Source: an uncultured Candidatus Micrarchaeota archaeon
GTDB lineage: Archaea > Micrarchaeota > Micrarchaeia > Micrarchaeales > Micrarchaeaceae
Direction of reading: 5' to 3'
NCBI GenBank assembly: GCA_963741095.1
Contig: CAVUGN010000002.1
Coordinates: forward strand, 96,001-160,000
Length of the DNA: 64,000 bases
Below, piece after piece: positions 45,654 to 55,388 of the stretch; position 1 is the first letter of the stretch; every line of letters starts with the position of its first letter. The notes under the pieces were generated by a model. It saw only the letters and a list, made by a program, of their open reading frames with translations. It made no database searches and was not told the origin of the DNA. Both the position numbers and the translations under genes were made by a program.

Positions 45654-45764
45654 GGACCTGTGGCGCAACTTGGATAGCGCTCTTGGCTTCGGACCAAGTG
45701 GTTGCGGGTTCAAAGTAGACTTTTGGCTCATTGCCAAACGTTTATGGAAATCCCGCCAGGTCCG
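45654..45764 (+). tRNA. trnR: tRNA-Arg(TCG) with a 36-nt T-loop intron at 59/60 (45715-45750)
   Basis: Acceptor GGACCTG/CAGGTCC+G; D stem GCGC/GCGC; anticodon arm CTTGG-CT TCG GA-CCAAG; T arm GCGGG-TTCAAA|T-CCCGC. BHB: TTCA/TGGA helix with AA|G and AA|T bulges. Confidence 0.93.
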
Positions 45765-45797
45765 CACACTCTCTCCATCAGACGTAAAGATGCAGAA

Positions 45798-46760
45798 TCA
45801 GCTTTCCGGATCCGCCTTGCCAGCGTTCTTCTTTCCCATGACCTCCATTATCTTGAGGACGAAAGGCGCCATGCCGAAGAACACCACTCCGCTGTCGCCG
45901 GCTATCACCGCCGGAGCCTTTATCATCACGCCGTATGTGATCCAATTGAATTCGGCCGAAAGGCACACCAGCATCGAGTGCAATGATATGTCCTTGACCG
46001 AGCGCGTCCTCAGCGACTGTATCGCCTGTGGTATGCCTATGCCCCCGCACACTGCTGCCGTGAAGCTTCCTACGATGTTGGGGTTACCAGTCGCTATCGA
46101 GCCCGCCATCGTCCCTGCGGCAACAACAATCGGCGCGGCCGCAGCAGAGAGGCCCACTATCGGGTTAGAGATCCTGTCCTTCACGCCTCGCATGAATCTG
46201 CCCCATGCCTTGGCGCTGTCAATCGTAACATCCTTATCCTTCTCAGTATCGGCGCACTTGGCCTCATTTTTCGCTTTCATGTCGCCAATGACCTCGCGCA
46301 CTTTTATCGCGAGCGGCACCGAATTGAATGCAAAGCAGAAAGCATCGGAAACTATCAGCGGTATCGAATGGAGCATGAAGCCGTACGTGGTGAAGCCGGC
46401 CACTGTCGCAGCATTCAGCGTCAAGAACCCCAACGATATGTCCCTGGTGCACTTGGTCCTGAACGATTGGATCGCCTGTGGAAGGCCCTCAATGCCTGTG
46501 CCTATCCCTGCTATAGTGCCCGAAATGTTTGGCTCCTTCAATAAAACGGCGCAGGCGACGCTGGCAACTGTGAAACCCGCCGCTCCGTAAAGCTGCACTG
46601 TCGGATTAGCCAATGTCTTTTTGGTGGCCCTTCCGGCACCCCTTAGGAATCCCATCATGTTTCTGCTCTCGCCTGCCTTCGGAAGAGCGTCGTTTGCTGC
46701 AATGGGCCTCCCCTCAATCGCCTTTTGGGCAGGAAGAGCCTGTTTGGGCTGGATTCCCAT
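45798..46760 (-). CDS. Tandem-duplicated PQ-loop (SemiSWEET/MtN3-like) transporter
   Basis: Two repeats, GLPQAIQSFRTKCTRDISL and GIPQAIQSLRTRSVKDISL, each followed by YG...P.I..D helices. Confidence 0.8.
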   Translation of the reverse strand: MGIQPKQALPAQKAIEGRPIAANDALPKAGESRNMMGFLRGAGRATKKTLANPTVQLYGAAGFTVASVACAVLLKEPNISGTIAGIGTGIEGLPQAIQSFRTKCTRDISLGFLTLNAATVAGFTTYGFMLHSIPLIVSDAFCFAFNSVPLAIKVREVIGDMKAKNEAKCADTEKDKDVTIDSAKAWGRFMRGVKDRISNPIVGLSAAAAPIVVAAGTMAGSIATGNPNIVGSFTAAVCGGIGIPQAIQSLRTRSVKDISLHSMLVCLSAEFNWITYGVMIKAPAVIAGDSGVVFFGMAPFVLKIMEVMGKKNAGKADPES

Positions 46761-46934
46761 GCATATGTCTATGGCTTCAATAATATTTATACACCACCAT
46801 GTCTCTCGTCAATCGTCGATGTCGCCTCGTATTGCCGCTAATTTCCCGGTCCGTGCAGCAAGGTTCTTAAACCCTTGCGACATAATATCTACACTGCTTT
46901 TCCCGCAGGCACTGCAATTTGCAGGAGGGATTTC

Positions 46935-47564
46935 ATGGATCAAGAACAGTTAACCAAATTCGGCGCTTTCGTCGAAGAAAACCGGGGCAAGAGAAAGTTC
47001 AACCAGAGCGTAGAGCTTGCGATAAACTTCACCGGGATGGATTTCAGCAAGCAGGACAACAAGCTGAACATGGAGGTGAGGCTGCCGAACGGAAAGGGCA
47101 GGGAGAGCAAGACGATGGTGTTCGCAGACGACGTGAAGATGTCCGAGAAGGCCGCGCAGCTGGGCGCGAAGGTCGTACCAAGCAACCAGATAGCCACCGT
47201 CTCAAGCGACAAGATAAAGCTGAAGGAGCTCCTCGAATACGAGCTTTTCGCGCAGCCCAGCCTGATGCCGGTGCTCGCAAGGACATTCGGTCAGTTCCTG
47301 GGCCCCAGGAACAAGATGCCCAGGCCGATGGTCGGGGACATAGGCAACATGATAAGCAATGCCACCAAATCGATATACATAAGGAGCAAGGGCAAGTACC
47401 TGCCGACGGTCCATTGCATGGTCGGCACGGAGAAGATGAAGCCGGAGGAGCTGGCTGCTAACATCGACGAGGTTCTCGCCTCGGTCCTGAAGAAGGTCGG
47501 GAAAGAGCATCTGAAGTCAGTTTACGTGAAGTTTACCATGGGCAAGCCGCTCAAGTTGGTGTGA
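46935..47564 (+). CDS. rpl1: 50S ribosomal protein uL1
   Basis: RKFNQSVELAINF, LGPRNKMP, VGTEKM and YVKFTMG; GGAGG RBS before ATG 46935. Confidence 0.96.
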   Translation: MDQEQLTKFGAFVEENRGKRKFNQSVELAINFTGMDFSKQDNKLNMEVRLPNGKGRESKTMVFADDVKMSEKAAQLGAKVVPSNQIATVSSDKIKLKELLEYELFAQPSLMPVLARTFGQFLGPRNKMPRPMVGDIGNMISNATKSIYIRSKGKYLPTVHCMVGTEKMKPEELAANIDEVLASVLKKVGKEHLKSVYVKFTMGKPLKLV

Positions 47565-47568
47565 TATC

Positions 47569-48405
47569 ATGCTTACAAAGAATGAAAAAAGGAAATTCGT
47601 CGAGGACGGCAAGAAGAGCGTAGCAAAGCACAGCGTCGTCGGCATAGTCCCGCTGTCAGGGATACCAGACCGGCTTCTGCAGTCCACGAAGAACGGGATG
47701 AAGAAGGATGTCACTTTCCTGCTCGGCAGGAAGACGCTGCTGAAGAAGATTCTCGAGGGCAGCGACAAGACCAAGGGCATAGCGGACAAACTTGAAGCCA
47801 CATCGGCGATAATACTCAGCAATGAAGACCCGTTCGAACTGTACGGGAAGTTCAAGGCAGGGACGATAAAGCTGGCGGCAAAGCCGAACCAGATAGCTCC
47901 GGACGACGTGTCGGTCACCGCGGGCGAGACCAGCATAATGCCCGGCCAGGCGGTCACGGACCTGAAATCCGCAGGCATAGACGTCCAGATACAGAAAGGC
48001 AAGGTCGTCATAGCGAAGGACAAGGTCATAACGAAGAAGGGCGAGGTGATAACCGCCTCGGTCGCGAAGGCGCTTCACACGCTCGACATAAACCCGTTCA
48101 GCGCGACCATAGAGCCGTCATTGATGCTATCGGGCGCAATCATATTCAACAGGTCGATACTGGGCATAGACGCGAAGAAGACCGCATCGGACATCGCGCT
48201 GGCGTTCAACTCGGCGATGATGCTGAGCATGGAGGTCGGCATAGTCAACGCCTACACCATAAAGACCATGATAACGAAGGCGTACAGGATCGCCTACCAT
48301 CTGGGCATGGAGGCAAAGCTTCCAGACGCCGGAATAATAGAGGGACTTGTGTCGAGGGCTGCCAACCAAGCGGCAGCATTAAATTCCTTGACCGATAAAA
48401 AATAA
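47569..48405 (+). CDS. rpl10: 50S ribosomal protein uL10 (P0)
   Basis: [23 protein letters not shown]...G.T...PG and IQKGKVVI. Confidence 0.93.
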   Translation: MLTKNEKRKFVEDGKKSVAKHSVVGIVPLSGIPDRLLQSTKNGMKKDVTFLLGRKTLLKKILEGSDKTKGIADKLEATSAIILSNEDPFELYGKFKAGTIKLAAKPNQIAPDDVSVTAGETSIMPGQAVTDLKSAGIDVQIQKGKVVIAKDKVITKKGEVITASVAKALHTLDINPFSATIEPSLMLSGAIIFNRSILGIDAKKTASDIALAFNSAMMLSMEVGIVNAYTIKTMITKAYRIAYHLGMEAKLPDAGIIEGLVSRAANQAAALNSLTDKK

Positions 48406-48424
48406 TGATAAAGAAGGTGTAAAC

Positions 48425-48736
48425 ATGGAATACGTATATGCAGCATTGCTCCTTGACGCTGCTGGAAAGGAGGTAAACGAGAAGAACATTCTTGAGGTTG
48501 TAAAAGCTGCAGGGCTTCAACCGGACGAAGCGCAGGCAAAGGCCGTGGCCGCATCCCTTAAGGGCGTCAACATAAAGGACGTCATAAAGAATGCATCGAC
48601 CATGTCGGTCGCTGCGCCAGCCGCCGCTGCGCCATCCGCAAAGGAGGGCGAGGGCAAGAAGGCAAAAGAGCCGAAGGAAGAGCAGAAGTCCGAGGCTGAG
48701 GCCGCAAGCGGTCTTGCAAGCCTGTTCGGAGGTTAA
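48425..48736 (+). CDS. rpl12: 50S ribosomal stalk protein P1 (aL12)
   Basis: [10 protein letters not shown], Ala-rich hinge and C-terminal GLASLFG. Confidence 0.96.
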   Translation: MEYVYAALLLDAAGKEVNEKNILEVVKAAGLQPDEAQAKAVAASLKGVNIKDVIKNASTMSVAAPAAAAPSAKEGEGKKAKEPKEEQKSEAEAASGLASLFGG

Positions 48737-48808
48737 TAGCTCCGAAGCACCTGCGGATTGCCGGCGCACGCCGCAATCCCCAGGAATCAGATTCAAGAAG
48801 GTGTACCC

Positions 48809-49183
48809 ATGGATGTTTACGTCAACAAATCGAGATGCACAGGATGCCAGCACTGCAAGGATGTGTGCCCTGTGGCGGTCTACGAGATGAGGGGACGCGG
48901 GGCACCAGATAATCCTAACGCAGAGGGCGCGAACGGCGATTCCGCGCCTGCTGAAGCCAAGTGGACCGGCAAGATCGACCAGGGCGACTTCGACAAGTGG
49001 TCAAAGGTTCAGGACGGCCACAAGCACTTCGCCAAGGACAACGACGGGAACAGCGGCGGGCTGTCCGTCGCGGTGAACGGCTCCTCATGCATACTCTGCC
49101 AGGCATGCCTGATACAGTGCGAGGGAGAATGCATACACATAACCGACGACACCGGCACGAAGTACGTGTCGATATACAAATGA
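48809..49183 (+). CDS. 2[4Fe-4S] ferredoxin with a long insertion
   Basis: CTGCQHCKDVCP and CILCQACLIQC separated by about 70 residues; AAGGTG RBS. Confidence 0.85.
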   Translation: MDVYVNKSRCTGCQHCKDVCPVAVYEMRGRGAPDNPNAEGANGDSAPAEAKWTGKIDQGDFDKWSKVQDGHKHFAKDNDGNSGGLSVAVNGSSCILCQACLIQCEGECIHITDDTGTKYVSIYK

Positions 49184-49275
49184 CTGACTTTCTTTGTGAA
49201 AGTTCATTCCTATTTTTAGTAGTTAGGGCGTGCGGCCCTACTCAGAAGTTTTACGCTTTGCGCAGTTGATGCGAC

Positions 49276-51948
49276 ATGATGACACACACGGAAAAGCCGT
49301 TCAGCGACGAGGAGAGCCTTTCCTCGCTGAACACGTACGTCAGGAAGTGGTTCACCAGCAGGTTCACCGAGCTTACGCCGCCGCAGCAGTACACCTTCAA
49401 GCTGATAACCGACAAGGTGAACACGCTTGTCACCGCGCCGACCGGCAGCGGCAAGACACTGTCCGGATTCCTTTCCATAATCAGCAAGCTTTTCGACTAC
49501 AGCCTGAGCGGCAGGCTCGAGGACCGCGTTTATTGCATCTACGTATCCCCTCTCAGGGCGCTGAACAACGACGTCCACAGGAACCTCATGACGCCCTTGG
49601 ATGAGATCTACAAGATGATAACGAAGGACAAGGGGCTGGAGATGCTGAAAAGCAACATAAAGCAGGTCACGATAGCCGTAAGGACGGGCGACACGCCACA
49701 ATCCGAGAGGCGGAAGCAGCTGATCAAGCCACCGAACATACTTGTCACCACCCCGGAGAGCCTGGCCATAATGATAAACTCCGAGAAGTTCGTTGAGAAC
49801 CTCAAGGGCGTCGAGTACTTCATAATAGACGAGATCCACGAGCTCGCGAGCAACAAGCGCGGAGTGCACCTGTCGCTTTCGGTAATGCGGCTGCAGGAGA
49901 TAGCAGGCCATGAGATAACAAAGATAGGGTTGGGCGCAACACTCTATCCCTTGGACGAGGCCGCGCGTTTTCTTGTCGGCTACAAGGACGGCAAGGAGGC
50001 GGACTGCACCATAGTGGATGCATCATGGAGCAAGCGCCTCGAGATAAAGACCATAAGCCCGGTGGCTGATCTCGTCTACACACCAGACGAGGTGGTGGAG
50101 GACGAGACGTACAAGATAGTCAACGACATAATAACCAAGTCAAAATCGACGTTGATATTCACAAACACGAGAAGCGGCACCGAGAGGGTTGTTTTCAACC
50201 TAAAACGCAGGTTCGGCTACGGCGACGAGGACGTCGCGGCGCACCACGGCTCACTGTCAAGGGAATCCAGGCTGGACGTGGAAGAGATGCTAAAGAAGGG
50301 CAAGCTGAAGTGCGCGGTCTCGTCAACAAGCCTCGAATTAGGCGTGGACATAGGGGCGATAGAGAACGTCATACAACTCGGATCGCCGAAGAGCGTGACC
50401 CGGGCGATACAACGCATAGGGCGATCGGGGCACTCATTCAAGTCGGTCGCGAAGGGCGAGGTAATGGTGCTCAACCGCGACGATCTTGTAGAATGCGCGA
50501 TAATGATGGATTCGGTGCTGAAGAAGCACCTCGACTCTTTCGTGGTGCCGAAGAACGCGCTTGACGTGCTCGCACAACACATAATAGGCATGTCCCTGAC
50601 GAAAAAGTGGAACATCGACGAAGCGTACAACCTCATCAGAAGCGTTTATGCCTACCACGACCTTGAGAAGAGCGACTTCATGAGCCTGATCAACTACCTC
50701 GCAGGCAACTACGTGAGCCTCGAGAGCAGAAGGGTGTACGGCAAGATATGGTACGATGAGAAGGAACAGGCCTTCGGCAAGAGGGGCATGCTCGCAAAGG
50801 TCATCTACATGCTCAATCTGGGCACGATACCCGACGAGGTCGCCATTGGCGTCTACGGGCCCAACAAGAAATGGATTGGCAACATAGAAGAGGAATTCCT
50901 CACAAAGCTGAAGCAGGGCGACATATTCGCGCTTGGGGGCAAGCTCTACCAATACGAATACTCGAGAGGCATGACCTGCTACGTGACTGACGCGAAGAGC
51001 AGCACGCCGACAATACCACCTTGGTTCTCCGAACAACTGCCGCTGAGCTTCGAGCTCGCGGAGCAGATAGGCGAATTCAGGGAGAAGTTCTCGGGAATAC
51101 TCAAAAAATACATAAAAAGCAAGAAGCTGAAGCTGCTTTCAGGAGCAGGGAAGATGCCAAAAGAGGTCGACGAATATCTGAGCACTCTCCCTGTCGACGA
51201 GAACTCGAAGAAGGCCCTTTTCGGCTATTTCATGGAACAGCTTTTGTTCGCGAAGGAGGTCCCGAGCAACAAACTAATACTGATAGAAGTCACATCGGAG
51301 CCGTCATCCGAGCTGAACTTCGTGGTCTTCCATTCGCTGTTCGGCAGGCGCGTGAATGACGCGCTGTCAAGGGTCTTCGCCGTCGAGTTAGCAGAGATGA
51401 CTGATAATGACATCGGCATCATGGTGAACGACAACGGTTTCGTCCTGACGAGCGAGGAAGATCTGAGCATAACCGAGCGAACGATAAGGGACATGGTCTC
51501 AGACATAACCGCGATGGGCCTGTCAGAAATGCTGAAGAAAAACATAAGGAAGACCGAACTGATGAAAAGGAAATTCAGGCAGGTCGCAGCTAGGAGTTTC
51601 ATGATACTCCGGAACTACAAGGGCTACAAGATACCTGTAGGAAGGCAACAGGTTAGCGCACAGATGCTCATCAAGGCTGCGGAGGAGGTCGATCCGAACT
51701 TTCCGGTGATAAAAGAGACCTACCGAGAGATACTCAACGAGACCATGGATCTTCCAAGGGCCGAAGCGATACTCTCCGGGCTTACCGCTGGCGCAATAAA
51801 ATTCAAGATAATAAAGACGCAAACCCCATCGCCATTCTCGCACAACATGCTCACCTTCGGAAGTGCTGACGTCATAATGATGCGGGAGCGGCACAAGCAT
51901 CTCCAGGCGTTGCACAAGATGGTCATGGAGAAAATTGGAGAAAAGTAA
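49276..51948 (+). CDS. lhr: Lhr-family SF2 helicase
   Basis: APTGSGKT, SPLRALNND, DEIH, HHGSLS, SLELGVD, QRIGRSGH, GTIPDE and SPFSH. Confidence 0.95.
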   Translation: MMTHTEKPFSDEESLSSLNTYVRKWFTSRFTELTPPQQYTFKLITDKVNTLVTAPTGSGKTLSGFLSIISKLFDYSLSGRLEDRVYCIYVSPLRALNNDVHRNLMTPLDEIYKMITKDKGLEMLKSNIKQVTIAVRTGDTPQSERRKQLIKPPNILVTTPESLAIMINSEKFVENLKGVEYFIIDEIHELASNKRGVHLSLSVMRLQEIAGHEITKIGLGATLYPLDEAARFLVGYKDGKEADCTIVDASWSKRLEIKTISPVADLVYTPDEVVEDETYKIVNDIITKSKSTLIFTNTRSGTERVVFNLKRRFGYGDEDVAAHHGSLSRESRLDVEEMLKKGKLKCAVSSTSLELGVDIGAIENVIQLGSPKSVTRAIQRIGRSGHSFKSVAKGEVMVLNRDDLVECAIMMDSVLKKHLDSFVVPKNALDVLAQHIIGMSLTKKWNIDEAYNLIRSVYAYHDLEKSDFMSLINYLAGNYVSLESRRVYGKIWYDEKEQAFGKRGMLAKVIYMLNLGTIPDEVAIGVYGPNKKWIGNIEEEFLTKLKQGDIFALGGKLYQYEYSRGMTCYVTDAKSSTPTIPPWFSEQLPLSFELAEQIGEFREKFSGILKKYIKSKKLKLLSGAGKMPKEVDEYLSTLPVDENSKKALFGYFMEQLLFAKEVPSNKLILIEVTSEPSSELNFVVFHSLFGRRVNDALSRVFAVELAEMTDNDIGIMVNDNGFVLTSEEDLSITERTIRDMVSDITAMGLSEMLKKNIRKTELMKRKFRQVAARSFMILRNYKGYKIPVGRQQVSAQMLIKAAEEVDPNFPVIKETYREILNETMDLPRAEAILSGLTAGAIKFKIIKTQTPSPFSHNMLTFGSADVIMMRERHKHLQALHKMVMEKIGEK

Positions 51949-51952
51949 TGGC

Positions 51953-52693
51953 ATGATGCTCACAGACGATATAGAACTCCTCGATGGAATGCCAATCGCA
52001 TTCATAAAGAGCCTGAACTCGATAGTGGCATCGGATTTCCATCTTGGCTACGAAGGCGCAATGACAAAGAGCGGCGTGTTCGCGCCCAAGGTAAACCTCA
52101 ACAAGATAATGGAAATCCTCGAAAAGGCCATCTCGCGCACCGGCGCGGACAGACTGATAATCGTCGGAGACCTGAAGCACGATTTCTCAAACATCGAATC
52201 TGACGAATTCAACGAACTGTACGATCTGATGGCCTTTCTGAAACGGAAGAAGGTCTCTCCGGTCCTGATAAAAGGAAACCACGATAACTTCGTGGAGCGG
52301 TATCGGGAACCGTTCAATCTCCTCGTCCATGCGAAAGAAGCGGAGATCGGCGGTTATCTGTTCTTTCACGGCGATGAACTGCCGAAGATACCGTCAAAGG
52401 ATCCGACAATGCTCATAATGGGGCAGGAGCATCCCGCCATAAGCATAACCAACAAGGTCGGCAAGCGGGAAAAATTGAAATGCTTCCTTTACGGCGAATA
52501 CAAGCGTCTGCCCCTCCTAGTCCTCCCGGCGATGGGCTATTTCTCCACGGGCACGGACATGAACACGAGCCGCAAGCAACAACTGCTCTCCCCAGTATTC
52601 AAGCACGCCGACATGGACAAAATGCATGCGATAGTCGTTGGCTACGGCTCGACCATGGATTTCGGCGAGGTATCGAAACTGCGAGGCGTCTAG
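51953..52693 (+). CDS. Lhr-associated metallophosphoesterase (MPE/ICC-like)
   Basis: SDFHLG, GDLKH, GNHD, HGD and GQEHP motifs; immediately follows lhr. Confidence 0.88.
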   Translation: MMLTDDIELLDGMPIAFIKSLNSIVASDFHLGYEGAMTKSGVFAPKVNLNKIMEILEKAISRTGADRLIIVGDLKHDFSNIESDEFNELYDLMAFLKRKKVSPVLIKGNHDNFVERYREPFNLLVHAKEAEIGGYLFFHGDELPKIPSKDPTMLIMGQEHPAISITNKVGKREKLKCFLYGEYKRLPLLVLPAMGYFSTGTDMNTSRKQQLLSPVFKHADMDKMHAIVVGYGSTMDFGEVSKLRGV

Positions 52694-52695
52694 GA

Positions 52696-54159
52696 TCAGA
52701 TGTAGAACAACCACGGCAGCGCATTTATTACGATCCCGGCGACTATCAGTGCGATGAGGAGCGAAACAAATTTCTTGTTCTTTATATTCACGACGTATAT
52801 CCGATATCCGTCAAGCCCCGGTATCGGCAGCAGGTTCACGACGGCAACTAGAAAGTTCAAGAGCATCGACAGCGCGACAAGCGTGTAAACGAAATAGACG
52901 GCTTTTGCATAAGGCGTCTCTATTATCGGCTGATAGCCCAAAGAGACTCCGATCACTCCCCTTGAGGAATTTCCCGCCTCGGGCACAGCTGTGAACACAA
53001 AGGTGCCCGCATTCGTCCTGACGGCAACCGAGCTCCCGGGGCTGGTCTGTATGCCAGCTTTCTCAAGGTCGCTGATGTTATTGATGGCGATACCCTTCCA
53101 TTCCAAGATCTGCATTCCGCTTTTAAGCACGCCGTTCGCCGGGTATCCGGGAGTCGTTCCCGTGACGAACACCCCGTAAGGATACGCGCTCGGCACCACG
53201 TAATTCAGCATCAGGAACAGAAGCACGAAAAAGAACAACGTCGCAATGAAGTTTGCCGAGATCCCGGCGGAGAATATTTTAGTCTGCTTCAGGCTGTCCA
53301 GCTTTTTGACCATTCGCTCGTCAGGCTCAACGTACCCGCCGATCGGTATTATACCAAAGACCAGGAGGCCTATCGATTTCAGTTTTACCTTCGCCATCCT
53401 CGAAAGCACGCCGTGGGAAAACTCGTGTATCACCAAGAGTATTACCAGTGACACCAGCCCCGCTACGAGCGGTATGTTCCAACCAGGTATTATCGGAGCC
53501 ACACCCGGAACCTGATTGGTCAGCGTGGACGTGTTTATCGCCCCAGAAAAATAGCTTATCAGAAATTGCGCTATGCCCACAAGTATCGAAGCGGCGTTCG
53601 CCAATACGGACACGAATATGTATCCGGAGAACCCGAAGACGACCGTGAGCGCCAGCAGTGCATAAGACAGAAGGTTGGCTTCCGGCTGCAGGGACGAAGC
53701 CTGGCTGGAAACGGCGCCCTGAAGCTTCGGCATGTTTATGAATTGGAACGCGACCGAGAGATACGGCTGGACGAAAATAACCATGAACACCAAAGACAGA
53801 ATCCCGAAAACCAGCACCCGTTTGTCCATCCTGCCTTTCAGCAGCGGGTACGCCATCAATCCAAAGCCGAGCGTCAGGCCCCATATCGCCATTGCATCCC
53901 AGAACTTCCTGTTGTTCTTTGATACGGCGTCTATGGTCTTCAGCCCTCTCTTGCTGCCTATCATGTACAGCCCGTCGACGCCTTCGAGCCCCATCACCCT
54001 CTGTATCGCCAAGCCCGAAACTACCAGCGCCGCAAAAGCCAGCCCTACGCGTATGTAGATGGAAACGGAACTGGCGGAGTAAAGAAGGGCAAACACCCCG
54101 ACGGTAGCAAGAAATACCCCAGCAACGCCTGCACGGCTGTTTAGTTTCCCCATGGCCAC
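52696..54159 (-). CDS. Site-2 protease (M50) with PDZ-like domain
   Basis: HEFSH, GGYVEPDE, AGISAN and NLLPIPGLDG; multiple TMs. Confidence 0.92.
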   Translation of the reverse strand: MAMGKLNSRAGVAGVFLATVGVFALLYSASSVSIYIRVGLAFAALVVSGLAIQRVMGLEGVDGLYMIGSKRGLKTIDAVSKNNRKFWDAMAIWGLTLGFGLMAYPLLKGRMDKRVLVFGILSLVFMVIFVQPYLSVAFQFINMPKLQGAVSSQASSLQPEANLLSYALLALTVVFGFSGYIFVSVLANAASILVGIAQFLISYFSGAINTSTLTNQVPGVAPIIPGWNIPLVAGLVSLVILLVIHEFSHGVLSRMAKVKLKSIGLLVFGIIPIGGYVEPDERMVKKLDSLKQTKIFSAGISANFIATLFFFVLLFLMLNYVVPSAYPYGVFVTGTTPGYPANGVLKSGMQILEWKGIAINNISDLEKAGIQTSPGSSVAVRTNAGTFVFTAVPEAGNSSRGVIGVSLGYQPIIETPYAKAVYFVYTLVALSMLLNFLVAVVNLLPIPGLDGYRIYVVNIKNKKFVSLLIALIVAGIVINALPWLFYI

Positions 54160-54261
54160 CCCTAATAATTCTAAAGTTGTATTATAAATAACGTGCGGGG
54201 CGGGACTTGGCAGTTTGACGAACCCCCCAGTCAGATATAAAAAGTCAAAAACCCAAATAAT

Positions 54262-54861
54262 ATGGGGGTTACATTAACGGAGAATGATAGTGAAACAGGG
54301 CAGCTGCTTTCAGAACAGGCAAGGGCAATCATGGCTGCCCTCCCAAAGGATCTCCAGGACGAATTCTACGATTTCCTCCTAAACATAAAAGGCACAAAGT
54401 TTTTCAAGCCAGACGGGAGGCCAAATCCGGAATGGAAGGTCTTCTACGGCAGCACCATTGCAGAAGCCTGGGAAACCGCGCTTGACGCTGCACGGGCGGA
54501 GGCATGGGATGCTGCGAAGAACACTGCACTGGTCACCGTAAGAGATGCCGCATGGACCTCCGCATTCGGCGCAGCCCGCGATGCCGCGCATGACGCATCA
54601 AGAAGCAGGGCATGGAGCGTCGCCTGGGATACCGTCCGCGACATCGTGTGGGCAACTGCATCTGACGCCGCAAGGGTCGCGGCGGGCGATGCGGTGCTCG
54701 ATGCGGCCCTGATGGCTCAATTGATAGTCGTGAAAGACCTGGATTTTGACGAAAAGGAGAGCCACCTGAGGCACACCGCCGAAAGAATAGAAGCATGGCG
54801 GAAGGGGTATGGCGTCGCCGCGGATGTCAACGGCATCCTTTATGTTTACTGCGTCAGGTAG
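54262..54861 (+). CDS. Hypothetical protein with Ala/Trp/Asp tetrad repeats
   Basis: Central AWDAA/ARDAA-type repeats between short globular ends. Confidence 0.7.
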   Translation: MGVTLTENDSETGQLLSEQARAIMAALPKDLQDEFYDFLLNIKGTKFFKPDGRPNPEWKVFYGSTIAEAWETALDAARAEAWDAAKNTALVTVRDAAWTSAFGAARDAAHDASRSRAWSVAWDTVRDIVWATASDAARVAAGDAVLDAALMAQLIVVKDLDFDEKESHLRHTAERIEAWRKGYGVAADVNGILYVYCVR

Positions 54862-54932
54862 ATCCGGCATGAATTAAACGAAACACCGTGAAAGTATTTT
54901 AGCTTTGCTTGACCAAATATGAATGTGGTATC

Positions 54933-55382
54933 ATGGAGGAGTGCGAGCTCTGTGGGGCGCAGACCAAAAGTGCGTACGTCGTCAATGTCGAGGACGTAGA
55001 GCTGAGGGTGTGCGCAAAATGCGCGCAGGGGAAGCGCGTAATATCAAATCCAGGCTACAAACTTGATACTGGCAAAAGCCCTTCGCGCCCAAAGCGCGAA
55101 GAGGACCTGCCGCTCGTGGAGGATTACGGTAAGGTCATCCGCGCGGCCAGGGACCGCATGGACCTGCCAATGAAGGTGCTCGCGGAGCTGCTGAACGAGA
55201 AGGAAACTCTGCTCTCAAGGGTGGAGCAGCAGAGCACCCTGCCTACAGTGAAGCTCACGAAGAAGCTTGAAAAAGCGTTGGGCATAAAGCTGATCGATGT
55301 CACCGCCGATACAGAGACCGGATCCTCTTCATCGGCAAGGAAGAGCGGCATCACGCTGGGAGACTTTGTAAATTCAAAATAG
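54933..55382 (+). CDS. mbf1: Multiprotein bridging factor aMBF1
   Basis: CELCG...VCAKC zinc ribbon, LVEDYG..IR.AR HTH and TLGDF tail. Confidence 0.93.
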   Translation: MEECELCGAQTKSAYVVNVEDVELRVCAKCAQGKRVISNPGYKLDTGKSPSRPKREEDLPLVEDYGKVIRAARDRMDLPMKVLAELLNEKETLLSRVEQQSTLPTVKLTKKLEKALGIKLIDVTADTETGSSSSARKSGITLGDFVNSK

Positions 55383-55388
55383 GATCAA

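Noticed and set aside
45670-46590. 306-aa plus-strand ORF
   Set aside because: It starts inside tRNA-Arg and is the antisense shadow of the duplicated PQ-loop gene.
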